DNA from: Paraspadella gotoi
Taxonomy: Eukaryota; Animalia; Chaetognatha
Length of the DNA: 64,000 nucleotides
Direction: 5' to 3'
Assembly: GCA_051294375.1 (NCBI GenBank)
Contig: CM119264.1
Coordinates: 5,239,434-5,303,433, forward strand
Made by a program: the position numbers and the translations under genes. Below the pieces are notes generated by a model. It did not search any database. It was not told where the DNA came from and saw nothing but the letters and a program-made list of their open reading frames with translations. Shown here in pieces: positions 43,429 through 57,263 of the stretch. Within the stretch, counting starts at the first letter, position 1. The number at the start of each line of letters is the position of its first letter.

Positions 43429-46400
43429 TAGTATTTATGTGTGATGATTAAATTTATATATATGTACGTTATATGACAAGTTATTTTATTTTTCACAAAT
43501 TACTAATTTGAAATTAAGTTACTACCATAGAAAATGTCATACTCTAAATCTGAAACGGACACATTTGAACATTCGCTACGGGAAATCTTTCAGCTCACGC
43601 AGACAGGGATCGCTTTCTCTTGTCGAATATTTCGCAAATAGATTAAGGAAAATAAATATTCCATTAAAAATATCTCGATTCCTGAATTAAATTTTTACGA
43701 GAAAATACATAATCAANNNNNNNNNNNNNNNNNNNNNNNNNNNNNNNNNNNNNNNNNNNNNNNNNNNNNNNNNNNNNNNNNNNNNNNNNNNNNNNNNNNN
43801 NNNNNNNNNNNNNNNNNNNNNNNNNNNNNNNNNNNNNNNNNNNNNNNNNNNNNNNNNNNNNNNNNNNNNNNNNNNNNNNNNNNNNNNNNNNNNNNNNNNN
43901 NNNNTTTTATGCATTCCATCATTATTTTTGTTTTATTTATCAGCTTCTCATTCTCTTCGCAGAATCCCTTTGTTCTTTCTCCCACACACATCTAGTTATT
44001 GATCTGCCGCTACAGACGATACCCAACTCCCTGAAGTCTTTTCCTCTCTCCCTCTCCCTTGTGAAAACGGCTGCGGGAAATTACGCGTGCAGATGGTATG
44101 TGAAACTATGAGTTAGCTGTGACTCTGTACGAAGCCGACGGGGCATAGAAATGGTATCGATATGAGATAGCAATGAAAAGAAAATGGCAGTGCGACGAAA
44201 CGTAAAAAGACGGAATCTAGAAAAGAAATGGCATCTTTTGGAGATGGTACCATGGATAAAGACGGCTTATCCCGAGGAAAGGTAATTGGTAACTTTCGAG
44301 GATGGCACTTACTAGCTAAAGTAGCGCCTAAAGATGGCAGAGTCGGCACCTGCTACAGATGGCAACTCCCGGGGCCGCTTGGCTGAATCGTCGTCGACGC
44401 TCAGANNNNNNNNNNNNNNNNNNNNNNNNNNNNNNNNNNNNNNNNNNNNNNNNNNNNNNNNNNNNNNNNNNNNNNNNNNNNNNNNNNNNNNNNNNNNNNN
44501 NNNNNNNNNNNNNNNNNNNNNNNNNNNNNNNNNNNNNNNNNNNNNNNNNNNNNNNNNNNNNNNNNNNNNNNNNNNNNNNNNNNNNNNNNNNNNNNNNNNN
44601 NNNNNNNNNNNNNNNNNNNNNNNNNNNNNNNNNNNNNNNNNNNNNNNNNNNNNNNNNNNNNNNNNNNNNNNNNNNNNNNNNNNNNNNNNNNNNNNNNNNN
44701 NNNNNNNNNNNNNNNNNNNNNNNNNNNNNNNNNNNNNNAGATATAAAAAAGAAAGGAAGCAAAAGATGGGATGTGTGAGAACGGGGGTGGTCGGCGTAAT
44801 CTCGAAAGTGGAAGCGCATGTGAAGGATTATTGATCAATATGCGGCTTGGTAGAGACTAGAGATGAAAACCTTTAAATCGCGAGGAGCGGTTGATGGCTA
44901 ACATAGAAACCTATTAAGAGGAGGCAGATAGCAAACGTAGAAATCTACTATGACATGGCAAGTGACAATCAAAAAACCTCTGGTAAAATTAGCGGATGTA
45001 AAAAAATCAAAGCTGCCGACGATTGAAAACTGGCGAAGGAGAATTTGACTTTAAGAACTAAAAGATGAAAAACTTTTGGGAAAAGATGATAATTCTCTGG
45101 CATCTAATGTCAAGGCTTTGTCGGCGTCGTCGTCTTGGTCGTCGTCTCTGTCATCGTCGTCGTCGTCGTCGGGTCTTCTATTGGAAAAANNNNNNNNNNN
45201 NNNNNNNNNNNNNNNNNNNNNNNNNNNNNNNNNNNNNNNNNNNNNNNNNNNNNNNNNNNNNNNNNNNNNNNNNNNNNNNNNNNNNNNNNNNNNNNNNNNN
45301 NNNNNNNNNNNNNNNNNNNNNNNNNNNNNNNNNNNNNNNNNNNNNNNNNNNNNNNNNNNNNNNNNNNNNNNNNNNNNNNNNNNNNNNNNNNNNNNNNNNN
45401 NNNNNNNNNNNNNNNNNNNNNNNNNNNNNNNNNNNNNNNNNNNNNNNNNNNNNNNNNNNNNNNNNNNNNNNNNNNNNNNNNNNNNNNNNNNNNNNNNNNN
45501 NNNNNNNNNNCGACGACGACGACGACGACGACGATAATGATGATGTCATTAATGACGACCGACACCGAAGATGGTGATAATGATAGTAACCATGACAATG
45601 ATGACAACAGACGACGACATTAATTAAAATTATGATTAATGTCATTGCGACGACAAAGATGACGGTTTCGCTGATGACAACCGAGGCTTCAGGTAAGACA
45701 TCAATGACGTGAACTCAGTTGGAGATGAAGACGAAGATAATAATGATGATGGATGATGACGATGATGGCGACATTGACGACGTCATTTATGGCAACTATT
45801 AATAACAAAAATGACGGTGACGGGAAGGATTTTAATGAGTGACAATAAACATCGACAGAGACGACGTTCCCGACCCAGATGACGACGACGACGACGACGA
45901 CGACGACGANNNNNNNNNNNNNNNNNNNNNNNNNNNNNNNNNNNNNNNNNNNNNNNNNNNNNNNNNNNNNNNNNNNNNNNNNNNNNNNNNNNNNNNNNNN
46001 NNNNNNNNNNNNNNNNNNNNNNNNNNNNNNNNNNNNNNNNNNNNNNNNNNNNNNNNNNNNNNNNNNNNNNNNNCTAAACGCCGTCGTTGGAACTCGATTT
46101 CCTGTCGAAATGATGGGATGAAAGAATGAAGGGGTGATAGAAGGATGGGGTGATAGAATGATGTGGTAATATGATGACAGGGTGATAGAGTGATGTAATA
46201 ACAAGGTTGTTTTTTAGAAGACATTGCTATGAAATGATTGGGATGAAATGATGTAATGACACGGTGATGGAATGACATAAGGACAAGGTTGTTAGAGGAC
46301 GGTGTTATGACATGATGGCGTGATGAAATTACGAGGCGATGGATTGATGTAATGACAAGGTGATGGGTGATGTAACGACAAGGTTGAGGACCGTGTGATA

Positions 46401-46798
46401 CTGAGTGGTGGGATGATGAGATGACGTGCTGCTGGGATAATTGAATTATGTTAAGATGTGTGATTATTTGAGGTCAGGATTGTTAGATGACAAGCTGTTG
46501 GGATGACGGGATGATTATTTGACGGGGAAAATGGGAAATCCTGATGACAGGATGATCGATGATGGGTTAATAAAAAAGACTCGATACAATTGTATAATTG
46601 AGGACGAAATGATTAAATAATCGGATACGAAGTTTATTGAAAGGACGAAATGACAAAATAATCGCCTGATGAGATTATCAAGTGAATGATTGATGANNNN
46701 NNNNNNNNNNNNNNNNNNNNNNNNNNNNNNNNNNNNNNNNNNNNNNNNNNNNNNNNNNNNNNNNNNNNNNNNNNNNNNNNNNNNNNNNNNNNNNNNNN

Positions 46799-46829
<31 letters not shown>

Positions 46830-47826
46830 CTCTTTTCCCTCGATTCGACAAACGCTTTCACATTCAAACTTTATGATCAATTTTATTTACGACTTCGCCT
46901 TTGTGATTAAATGTCGACTAGAAAAATCAAATGTAAGCATTGATCCAAGCATAAAAGAAAATGATTGTGTTTGAAAATGGTACAAACTTATTCATTTATT
47001 TAAAAAATGAGCTATCTTGTCCCTGACTTAGGACAGGCTATGGCGGATTAAAATTTAATAACAGTTGTTGTCTTTCAAAAAAATAATACTGTAATCTTTT
47101 TATCTTAAAACTTTGCAATCCGTCGATGCAGCGAATCTCCGTCGCCAAATCGGCGGGAAAGATGGCGCTCCGACGAAATCAGAAAAAAACAAAGAGAAAA
47201 AAAAAAGAGCAAACGCCGAAAAAAAAAATCTCTGGAGAGAAGACAGATGCTGAGTCAGCGATAGAGGGATAGTGGAGATGGGAGCGAGATGGGAGAGAGA
47301 TGGTGGAGATGGGAGAGAGATGGGAGACAGATGGGAGAGAGATGGTGGTGATGGGTGAGAGATGGAAAAAAGATGTGATAGTGATTGGACAAAGTAGGGA
47401 GAGAAATGGTGGATATTAGAAAGAGATAGATAATGTACAGATGATATAGATTGAGATGGTGGAAAGATGATAAAGAGATGAAAGAGATGATAGAAGAGAG
47501 ATGGCAGATAGAAGACAGATGGTATAGAGATGGAAGAGAGATGAGAGAACTACNNNNNNNNNNNNNNNNNNNNNNNNNNNNNNNNNNNNNNNNNNNNNNN
47601 NNNNNNNNNNNNNNNNNNNNNNNNNNNNNNNNNNNCGGCGGCGGCGGCGGCGGCAGAAAGGGTTGGGGCGAATTCAAGTCTTTTCATTCGGGTTCAAACA
47701 CAAACTCTTTCTACCAACGTTTTACCCTTTTTTTCTGTCGCTGATGTTGAAATGAGGTGCGACGTTTTCGCATATCCGAGTCTCGCTCTCTCTCTTCTCT
47801 CTCTCTCTCATCCTCTCTTCTACGTC

Positions 47827-47857
<31 letters not shown>

Positions 47858-48489
47858 TATCCTCTCATCTCTTCTCTCTACCTCTAATCTATCTCAACTC
47901 CTCTATCTCATTCTTGCCTTTTTCTCTCTCTGACGCTACCCTTTTAGTAAGCTCGGATTTAAAATGGGAGTGAAATGAAAATAGTTGTTATAACCCTCAA
48001 CTGACTGACTATTATTGATATTTGTTCTTTTCAATAGTTAGAAAATTCCCTGACGTTTATGTTCAAATTAAGAATACTTTACACCATATCAACTGGTGCA
48101 GTTGACTTGCAGAATATAGTTTTTGCAACTTGTTTTCCCTCATATTTGATACTTTAATTTTTAACTCATTGTGAAAAAAATTGAGCCGAACATTTTAATT
48201 TCTTTTATTAGTTTATTTAATGTCTTGAAAGCATGTAAAGCAATTTTTAGCATTATATTTAAAGTTATTTAAAGTAAGGTAACAAGATTTTGGTAGATGT
48301 TTGTTTTCCTTTTTTTTTTTTGGACGCTAGAATTTTTATTTTCTTTTAGAAAATTAACTAGAAAAAATATAAAATGAAAAAAGTGTGAAAAAGTTTTTGA
48401 CAGTCCGATTGCTTAAGAACATACAGCGTCTATATTTGTAAGATGAACCCAAGTTTTTCAACATTTCATTTTTTATTATAAATATAATA

Positions 48490-48582
48490 GTAATTGATCT
48501 TTTCATTTCATTTGAAATCTGTTTATATATCTCATTATAGATCTCTTTTTATCCCTCTATCTAAATTATACGTACGTGAAGG

Positions 48583-48629
<47 letters not shown>

Positions 48630-49715
48630 CTCTCACCTCACAAAAGAAAGAACAAAAGGCTGCTCACTTAGTCATACAGGTGTGGTCTTCTGTGATATTC
48701 CATTGTGTGACCGTGAATTTTCGGGATGGAATTCGCCCGACGAAGCGCTTTATTTAAAAGCTTTTGTCGTGATGGTTTTTTTTCCTGTTGTTGTTGTTGT
48801 TGTAGCTGTTGTCGTCGTCGTTCGGAAAGGTAAATTTATGCGTGGTGCTTCATTTGCGAAACTCGCTTTCACCTCAACAAAAAAAAACCTCTAATGAAGG
48901 GAGAGGCGTTTTTTTCTTTCTCTTTTTCTTCCTTTCTCTTTATGTATATGTATCTCTCTCTCGCTCTCTCTCTCTTTCTCTCCTCTCTTCTTTCTCTTCT
49001 TCTTTCTCTTATGTTATATCTCTCTCCGTTCTCTCGTCTTTCTCTTCTCTCTCCTTTCTCTCTCTTTCTCCTCTTCTCCGCCTTTCTGCGCTCCACTTCC
49101 TTCCTCTCTTCTCTCTCTTCTCTCTCTCTCTCTCCTTCTTCTTTTTGTTTTCTCTCTTTTTATTTCCTTTTTTTTCTTTTCTTCTCAGCCGTTCTCATTC
49201 CTTCTTTTTTCACCGTCCATCGCCTTTTAACCGACCTTTCCTGGAACCGATGCGGTTGCTTTAGAACCGAATCCTGCGTCTAAAATGGCGCTAGGAATGG
49301 GCACCGGAAAATGATGGGCCCAGAAACCGGCGAGCAGAGTTCCAGTGATCACGTTGACATCTCACGTTCTGACGTTTAATTCTGGTTAAGTAACCCGCTT
49401 TGTCCATCCTCACTCCCTTTTGTTTTATATTTCCTAAACGCTTATTTCTTATCGATTTTTTTTATTTACTAAATTTCTCTATTTGTCGTTTTTCGCTTCT
49501 TTGTTTATCACCAATTTTCATTTTCATTTCTTTCTTCTGTTCGTTTCCTTCTATTTTTTCTATTCGTCCTTTCATTTTCCGCGATCCTATTTCCCTACTT
49601 TCCCGCTAATTTTGTTTCTTTCTTGCCACCCAAAAAACCTCGAGGGGATGAGTTTTGGGGGGAGAATTGACCGACTCGCGTCACAAATGAGAGAGATGAG
49701 AGAGAAGAGAGAGAG

Positions 49716-49759
<44 letters not shown>

Positions 49760-52700
49760 GGAGAGAGAGAGCTCTTCTTTAGGCAGGACGCGAAGACCAA
49801 ATGTTTTTTTTCTNNNNNNNNNNNNNNNNNNNNNNNNNTATTTCTGCAGTTTCTAAAATGTAGTTGTTAAACAAAAGTCCGTTACTTAAAAAAATAAATG
49901 CGACGCCAAGCGCCTAGATTTAAATTAAACTTTTAAAAAAATATAAAAAGGCAGTTAATAATAATCTTTAGGAAGACTTAATGGCTTTCGCCGGGATGGT
50001 GGTGAGAGCCAAGGGTGTCGCGTGTCAAGGACGCAATTAAAAAACCNNNNNNNNNNNNNNNNNNNNNNNNNNNNNNNNNNNNNNNNNNNNNNNNNNNNNN
50101 NNNNNNNNNNNNNNNNNNNNNNNNNNNNNNNNNNNNNNNNNNNNNNNNNNNNNNNNNNNNNNNNNNNNNNNNNNNNNNNNNNNNNNNNNNNNNNNNNNNN
50201 NNNNNNNNNNNNNNNNNNNNNNNNNNNNNNNNNNNNNNNNNNNNNNNNNNNNNNNNNNNNNNNNNNNNNNNNNNNNNNNNNNNNNNNNNNNNNNNNNNNN
50301 NNNNNNNNNNNNNNNNNNNNNNNNNNNNNNNNNNNNNNNNNNNNNNNNNNNNNNNNNNNNNNNNNNNNNNNNNNNNNNNNNNNNNNNNNNNNNNNNNNNN
50401 NNNNNNNNNNNNNNNNNNNNNNNNNNNNNNNNNNNNACTGACAACAGAGATGTGAATGTGGACAATAAGATCACGGTGGATGAGAACATCAGTGTGGTCG
50501 ATGAGCCCGCTCCGTGTTTGAGATTTGAAAACAAAAGAAGAAAAAATAAGAAAATAAAATTGATTTCTTTNNNNNNNNNNCGTTTCGAGTTTCGACTCAA
50601 ATGTGTCATCTCTAATGGGAAGAGAGAAAATTCGCGTCGCTGATCGTAACTCGATTCGGATTTCTGTGATTTCAATGTGAAGAGAAAATATGGGGATGAA
50701 TGTTAAAAAAAAATAAAAACAGGAAATAGAATTAAAACTATATAAAACAATTTAAAAAGTAATAATCAAAAGTGAAATCTNNNNNNNNNNNNNNNNNNNN
50801 NNNNNNNNNNNNNNNNNNNNNNNNNNNNNNNNNNNNNNNNNNNNNNNNNNNNNNNNNNNNNNNNNNNNNNNNNNNNNNNNNNNNNNNNNNNNNNNNNNNN
50901 NNNNNNNNNNNNCTATATAAAACAATTTAAAAAGTAATAATCAAAAGTGAAGGTTTCTTAAAGGCGATAAAAGCTGAAGGAAAAATCTGAAAAACATTAT
51001 CATTATTCGAAAAAACAAAGAAACAAAAGACAAAACGAACGAAAAGGATATTAAAAAAGGGAAAAAAATTAAAAAGGAGAAAAAGAAAAGAATCAAAGGC
51101 GGATTCACTCGGACGTTTCATCAATTGTTCTCAAAGAAAAATTCTTTCACCGATTAATCACACAATCCGCATTTCCAACAGCTTTGTCATCCACTGTCTC
51201 CCCCCCTCGCGTCTCTCTCTCCGCGGTACGGACGGAATTATCGGCGGCGCGGACGGAACGGGCGGCGGCGGAGGCGCGCCTGGCGGCGACAGAATAAACA
51301 GCGGGCCGGGCCGGCGGCGGCAATAGTGGTTCTGTTCGATTCTTGCTTTCTCCTCTTTTTTCTCAAGTTAAGTCCCTCATGAGCTTGATTAAATTATCTT
51401 CCTCTTCTTTTCTTTCCTCCCTTTCCTTTCTCCCTCACCGTAGTAATGATCGATTTTGGCACCGTAGTTTCCGTGCGGAAGAGTCTTCAACGTGCGTCGC
51501 GGCGATCGGGGCGCTCCTCATCATGACGAGTTTCGGACGATCTGGGCGTTCCTCGACGCCGGCGTTCGACGATCGGGCACTCGCTCGACATGGACGTCCG
51601 CTTCGGCGACTCACGATGCTCCGACGTGACGCCTTCGTACGACCACCGTTCCGATCTACAGAAACAGGTCTTCTTCAAGAGCTGTCTCACTAATTCGTGA
51701 TAATCTCTCTTTCACTGCTCCTTTCTTTCTTTTTCAATAGCCTTTGTTGAAATTCGAATTCTATCGCTTTTCTCTCTTTCCTCCGCTTCTCTCATTTTCC
51801 TCTTTTCTCTTACGGACTCCTTAATTTTCGCCTTCCAAAGCTTCCTCCTCTTCTCTGCTTTCACGTTCTACTCTTTTTCTCTCATTTCTCAATTTTATCT
51901 TTCTTTTCGCTTCCTCAATGCACGACGCTCATTCTTCAATCTCTCTAGTCCAGAACACCAACCTCTGCGGATCGTCTCGCGAGACGATTCGAGTGGACTT
52001 CGTTACGAGACGCCCTCCAGCTTCGACGATACGCTGGCTGTTCGATGGCTTAAAATACGCGTAGATGCCTTCGGGCGAGATTTCGGCGACTGTGTAGACT
52101 GAAGGGACGTCGCTACAATGCTCGACGCGAGGACTCGGAAGCTGTGACCTCGGCGAGGGGTTCTAGGAAACTGAGGGTGGTCGCGGTGGATAGCTGGACA
52201 GAAGCGCGCATCACGTGACGATCCGAGTCGTGGTAGGAACTGTTCTATATATCTATCTTTCCTCAACTATATCCCTCAACCTCTCCTCTCAGTTCACAAT
52301 GGGACCGCGGCCTCTCTCTCAGGCTCCCACCAACTAATATAGGGCGTTGCGCCTTAAAGGCCCCACGATACCCGAACAATTCAAGGATTATCATTCCTAA
52401 CAGTTGCGTTAACACGACTCGCTGTTTCAAGAGTTGCATACAGGGCTCACGTGATAAATACGTCGGACAGGCTCTCTCCAATGCCTGCCATTGTCCGGGC
52501 AGGATCGCGCGAGCCCATTTCGACACCTTGACCAGAGCTGTCGACCGCCCTACACCTCCACTGGGAACTTTGGCTATTCGTCATAAAGCTTTGTGAATTA
52601 TCTAGTTCGTTTTGTTAATTCTCTTTTCGAACCTTTCGTACACCTCGTTTCATTTTGATTTATGTGTTATTTAAAAAACCCTTTCAAAATTAGCCAAAGT

Positions 52701-53492
52701 TCCATCGTCGCCACCGTGCGATGATGCTTTTTTTGTAACTCCGTTGCGTAGGCTTCTGCTTCGGCGTGTGCTCCGACTTAATTGACCCGGTCACAATAGA
52801 CCGGCCCTGATAGCAGTGAAAAATGTTGGCACCGCAGGGCCCTTATCGGCGGCTCCGCGTTCCTCCAAACTCCTCAGTCGGTTCACAGCTTAGAACGCGA
52901 ACAAGGTTATGTTATTATTTAGGACCCAGTTCTCGGAATCCAAAGTCTCCCAAGTCCAGGTTGCTTTCTGGCGTATTTTTATTTTAATTAAATAGTTTGT
53001 TGAGTTAGTTTAATTTATATTCCCGTGAAGATTACAAGTCTTTTTAATATTTAGTACTGTTTAACGCCTCAGCCTAAAAAGTCCCTATTGATGAATATTC
53101 ACTGTCAGTACGAATTGATTTGATGTTTAATCCCCATGTAGAATGGATTGTAGTGTTAAAGACCTTCAAAGCAAAGTAAATTATCAAACAATAAATAATC
53201 ATTTCTCATCTCAATATCATAACTTGGTGACTTCATCCGGGGAGTGGTTTTTTTGTTTTCCCTTCGTCCGTAAGCTGGAGCTTCCTGGCGTCGCGTAAAC
53301 AGTACTTGAGATTTTTAACTCCTTGACTACAATAAACAAATGATCGTTGTTTTACGATATGACGCCAAGTCGCTCGCTCGTACGACCTCTCTTACAGTAA
53401 TGTGATCTTTTTCATTTCATTTGAAATTCTGTTTATATATCTCATTATAATCTTCTTTTTATCCCTCTATCTAAATTATACGTACACTGAAG

Positions 53493-53547
<55 letters not shown>

Positions 53548-54538
53548 TTCTTTCTCTCACCTCACAAAGAAAGAACAAAAGGCTCTACTTAGTCATACAG
53601 GTGTGGTCTTCTGTGATATTCCATTGGTGTTAACGTGAATTTTCCTCGCAGGAATTCGCCGACGAAGCGCTTTTTATTTTAAAGCTTTTGTTTCTGGATG
53701 CGCGCTCTCTCTCTTTCCTGTTGTTTGTTGTTGTATGTAGCTGTTGTCGTTCGTCGTTCGGAAATGGTAAATTTAGCGTTGGTGCTTCATTTGCCGAAAA
53801 CTCGCTTTCACCTCCAACAAAAAAAAAAAGCTCTAATGAAGGGGAACGGGCGTTTTCTTCTTTTCTTCTTCCTCTCTTATTATGTACCTCTTCCTTCTCT
53901 CTCTCTTCTGCTATTACATCTCTCTCTCTTTCTCTCTCATCTCTTTCTCCCTTTTTCCTTCCTGCCCTCTCTCTCTCTCCTCGCTCTCCTCTCTCCTTCT
54001 CCTCTCTCTTCCTCTCCCTCCTCCTCTCTCTCTCCTCTTCTCCTTTTTTCTCTTTTTATTCCTTTTTTTTCTTTTCTTTCTCATCCTTTATTCCTTCTTT
54101 TTTCCCTCCATCGCCTCTTTTAACCGACTCTTTCCTGACCGATGCGTTGCTTAGAAACGAATCTGCGTCTAAAAATGGCGCTGAGATGGCACCGGAAAAT
54201 GAGGGCCAGAAACGCGAGAGCAGGTTTCCAGCTAATCACGTGACTTCACGTTTCTGAGTTAATTCTGGTTAAGTAACGCCTATTTTCCTCATCCTCTATC
54301 CTTTTTTTTATTTTCCTAACGCTATTTTCTTATCGATTTCTTTTTATTACTAAATTTCTCTATTTCGTTTTTCGCTCTTTGTTTTCCAATTTCTTTCATT
54401 TCTTTCTCTGTTCGTTTCTTCTATTTTTCTATTCGTCTCTTATTTTCCCTCCTTATTTTCCTACTTCCCCTATTTTGTTTCTTGCCCCCAAAACCTCGAG
54501 GGGATTGAGTTTTGGGAAAATTGACCGACTCGCGTCAC

Positions 54539-54577
<39 letters not shown>

Positions 54578-54593
54578 GAGAGACGAGAGAGAC

Positions 54594-54624
<31 letters not shown>

Positions 54625-56110
54625 CTTTCTTTAGGCAAGGACGGAAGACCAAATGGTTTTTTTTCTAAATGTTCGTGACAATTTGGGGAGAAGCGCGTTT
54701 GACCAGCCGGAGACGAAAATGGAACATCCTGCCCAAAACAATTTAAGGGGACGAACGACTTCGACGACGACGACGACGACGACGACGGTAACTGCTAAGG
54801 GTTTATCTTCCTTTTTTCTTGGGCTCACGGTCGTCCATGTTCACTGGGAATAACTTTGTCATCCAGACGTTTTCAATACCCACGTTGTTAATGAAGATAT
54901 TTTAAGCATGTTTGCGCATGCCAAGATATATTCAAAAGATAAATCGAAATATTTCGTTTTATATTTCTGCGCAGTTTCTAAAATTAGTTGTTACAAAAAA
55001 GTCCGTTACTTAAAAAATAAATGCGACGCCCAAGCGCCTAGATTTAAATTAAACTTTCGAAAAAAAAAAATATTAAAAGAGGCCAGTTAATAATAATCTT
55101 TAGGAAGAACTTAATGGCTTTCGCCGGGATGGTGGGAGAGCCAAGGGTGTCGCGCTGTCAAGGACGCAAATTAAAAAACCATTAAGTCGGGACGTAAAAT
55201 CACCAACGAGAGGACGCTACTATCTCGAGAATCGAGAAAAATCGTCTCGGGTTCTCGAAAACAAAAGGCGTCGAGTTTAATTTTGAGAGAAAATATTGCG
55301 TTTAAATATTATGAGCGAATCTGTAAATGCTTGACAAGCAAAAACAAGTAGGAATTTACAACAATCATCGTGAAGTGAAAGTCTGAAAATGTGACGAGAG
55401 GAGAGAGAAAAATGAAAGAACAAATAAAAGAAACCACGGAAAGCTTAATTACAAAAACAGATGAAAAATTAAGAATTTAGAGAAAAAAAAAAAAACTGAC
55501 AACAGAGATGTGAATGTGGATAATAAGATCACGGTGGATGAGAACATCAGTGTGGTCGATGAGCCCGCTCCGTGTTTGAGATTGAAAACAAAAGAAGAAA
55601 AAATAAGAAAATAAAATTGATTTCTTTTTTAACTTTTCGCTTCGATTTCGACTCAAATGTGTCATCTCTAATGGGACGAGAGGAAAATTCGCGTCGCTGA
55701 TCGTAAACTCGATTTCGGATTTCTGTGATTTCAATGTGAAGAGAAAATATTGGGGATGAATGTGAAAAAAAAAAAAAAAACAGGAAATAGAATTAAACTA
55801 TATAAAACAATTTAAAAAGTAATAATCAAAAGTGAAGGTTTCTTAAAGGCGATAAAAGCTGAAGGAAAAATCTGAAAAACATTTATCATTATTCGAAAAA
55901 AACAAAGAAACAAAAGACAAAACGAAAGAAAAAGATATTAAAAAAGGGAAAAAAATTAAAAAGGAGAAAAAGAAAGGAACAAAAAGGCGGATTCACTCGG
56001 ACTTTTCATCAATTGTTCTCAATAAAGAAAAAATTCTTTCAACGATTAATCACACAATCCGCATTTCCAACAGCTTTGTCATCCACTGTCTCCCCCGCCT
56101 CGCGTCTCTC
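48490..56110. repeat. ~2.7 kb direct duplication (~48490-51215 vs ~53395-56110) flanking ~2.2 kb of unique noisy sequence
   Basis: Collinear anchors CTTAGTCATACAGGTGTGGTCTTCTGTGATATTCCATTG, TTGACCGACTCGCGTCACAAATGAGAG, GATGAGAACATCAGTGTGGTCGATGAGCCCGCTCCGTG, CAACAGCTTTGTCATCCACTGTCTCCCCC. Confidence 0.92.
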
Positions 56111-56132
56111 TCTCTCTCTCTCTCTCTCTCTA

Positions 56133-56180
<48 letters not shown>

Positions 56181-56392
56181 TCTCTCTCTCTCTTATATCG
56201 ATAAATTAGACATAAAAACCGTGGCGTTTTTATTCCAAATCGCAGGATTGATTCCATCTCCTCGTTTTATTCATCAATGTTCTGACTACTCACGGACTCA
56301 CGTCCCCCTCACCGCCCCTTTCATTTTCCGACCCATAAATCACGAGTTCCGAGTCAACGGACGCTTTTCAAGGGAAATACATGTGATGGAAC

Positions 56393-56467
<75 letters not shown>

Positions 56468-56871
56468 AGAGAGAGAGAAGAGAGAGAGTGAATGAGTCTG
56501 AGGAAGGTAGAAAGAGGAAACAAAAAAAGAGAGAAAGAAAACTAGGAAGATAGAGGATAGAGACATACTAGAAAGAAAGAAAGAAAGAAAAAGAAAAGAA
56601 AGAAAAAAGAAAGAAAGAAAGAAAGAAAGAAAAGAAAGAAAGAAAGAAAGAAAAGAAAGAAAAAGAAAGAAAAGAAAAAAAAAAAAACCGATCCGAAGAA
56701 ATGAAAAATCCAAAAATCGAAACAATGAGGTTAAAAGTGAAATTGGAAAAAGATAGTTGGAGTCTGCGACAGAAGACAGAGAAAAAAAAATTCTTCGCGA
56801 AGAAAAAGAAAACTTCCATTATCTCGTCTTACTGGTCGGAGAGAAAATTCAGAATAATTCCGGGAAAAAGG

Positions 56872-56968
<97 letters not shown>

Positions 56969-57251
56969 ATTAATGAAGTATGAAATTTAAAGAGAGCGAT
57001 AATTAAAAATGTTACGTTTGATTATAGAACGGGATACAGTTTACACTAGAGATTAATTTTTTTTCCATGTAAAGGAAAAAGGTCAAAAGCTCTCTCTTCT
57101 CTCTCTCTCTCTCTCTTTCTCTCTTTCTTTCTTTCTTTCTTTCTTTCTTCTCTTTTTCTATCTTTTTTTTTCTTTTTTTTTTCTCTTANNNNNNNNNNNN
57201 NNNNNNNNNNNNNTTTCTTTCTTTCCGTGCCACTTTCTTCCATGCCGCAAC

Positions 57252-57263
57252 TGCGCATGCGCA
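57252..57263. promoter_or_regulatory. Perfect NRF-1/Erect-wing palindrome in a CpG-rich promoter-like patch
   Basis: TGCGCATGCGCA followed by a (GGC/GCG)-rich tract at 57329-57390. Confidence 0.5.

Larger units (their letters stand above)
34585..46220. repeat. Giant inverted repeat (fold-back) with axis near 41900; likely long-read chimera artefact
   Basis: 34590-36000 is the reverse complement of 44740-46215; 36570-37390 of 43905-44405; 38060-38650 of 43200-43715; 39840-40830 of 41950-42690. The left arm is inflated by random insertions. Confidence 0.92.

Noticed and set aside
34585-46220. Polinton or other large TIR transposon
   Set aside because: The arms meet with no internal coding region, one arm is error-inflated, and an adapter-like 9-mer sits at the axis.
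55480-55585. GPI-signal-like peptide on the - strand (GAGSSTTLMFSSTVILLSTFTSLLS)
   Set aside because: No clear acceptor or upstream coding exons; hydrophobicity is expected from T-rich DNA.
48490-56110. LTR retrotransposon (long direct repeats around an internal region)
   Set aside because: No TG...CA ends, TSD, PBS/PPT or gag/pol motifs; the copies differ by read-type indels.
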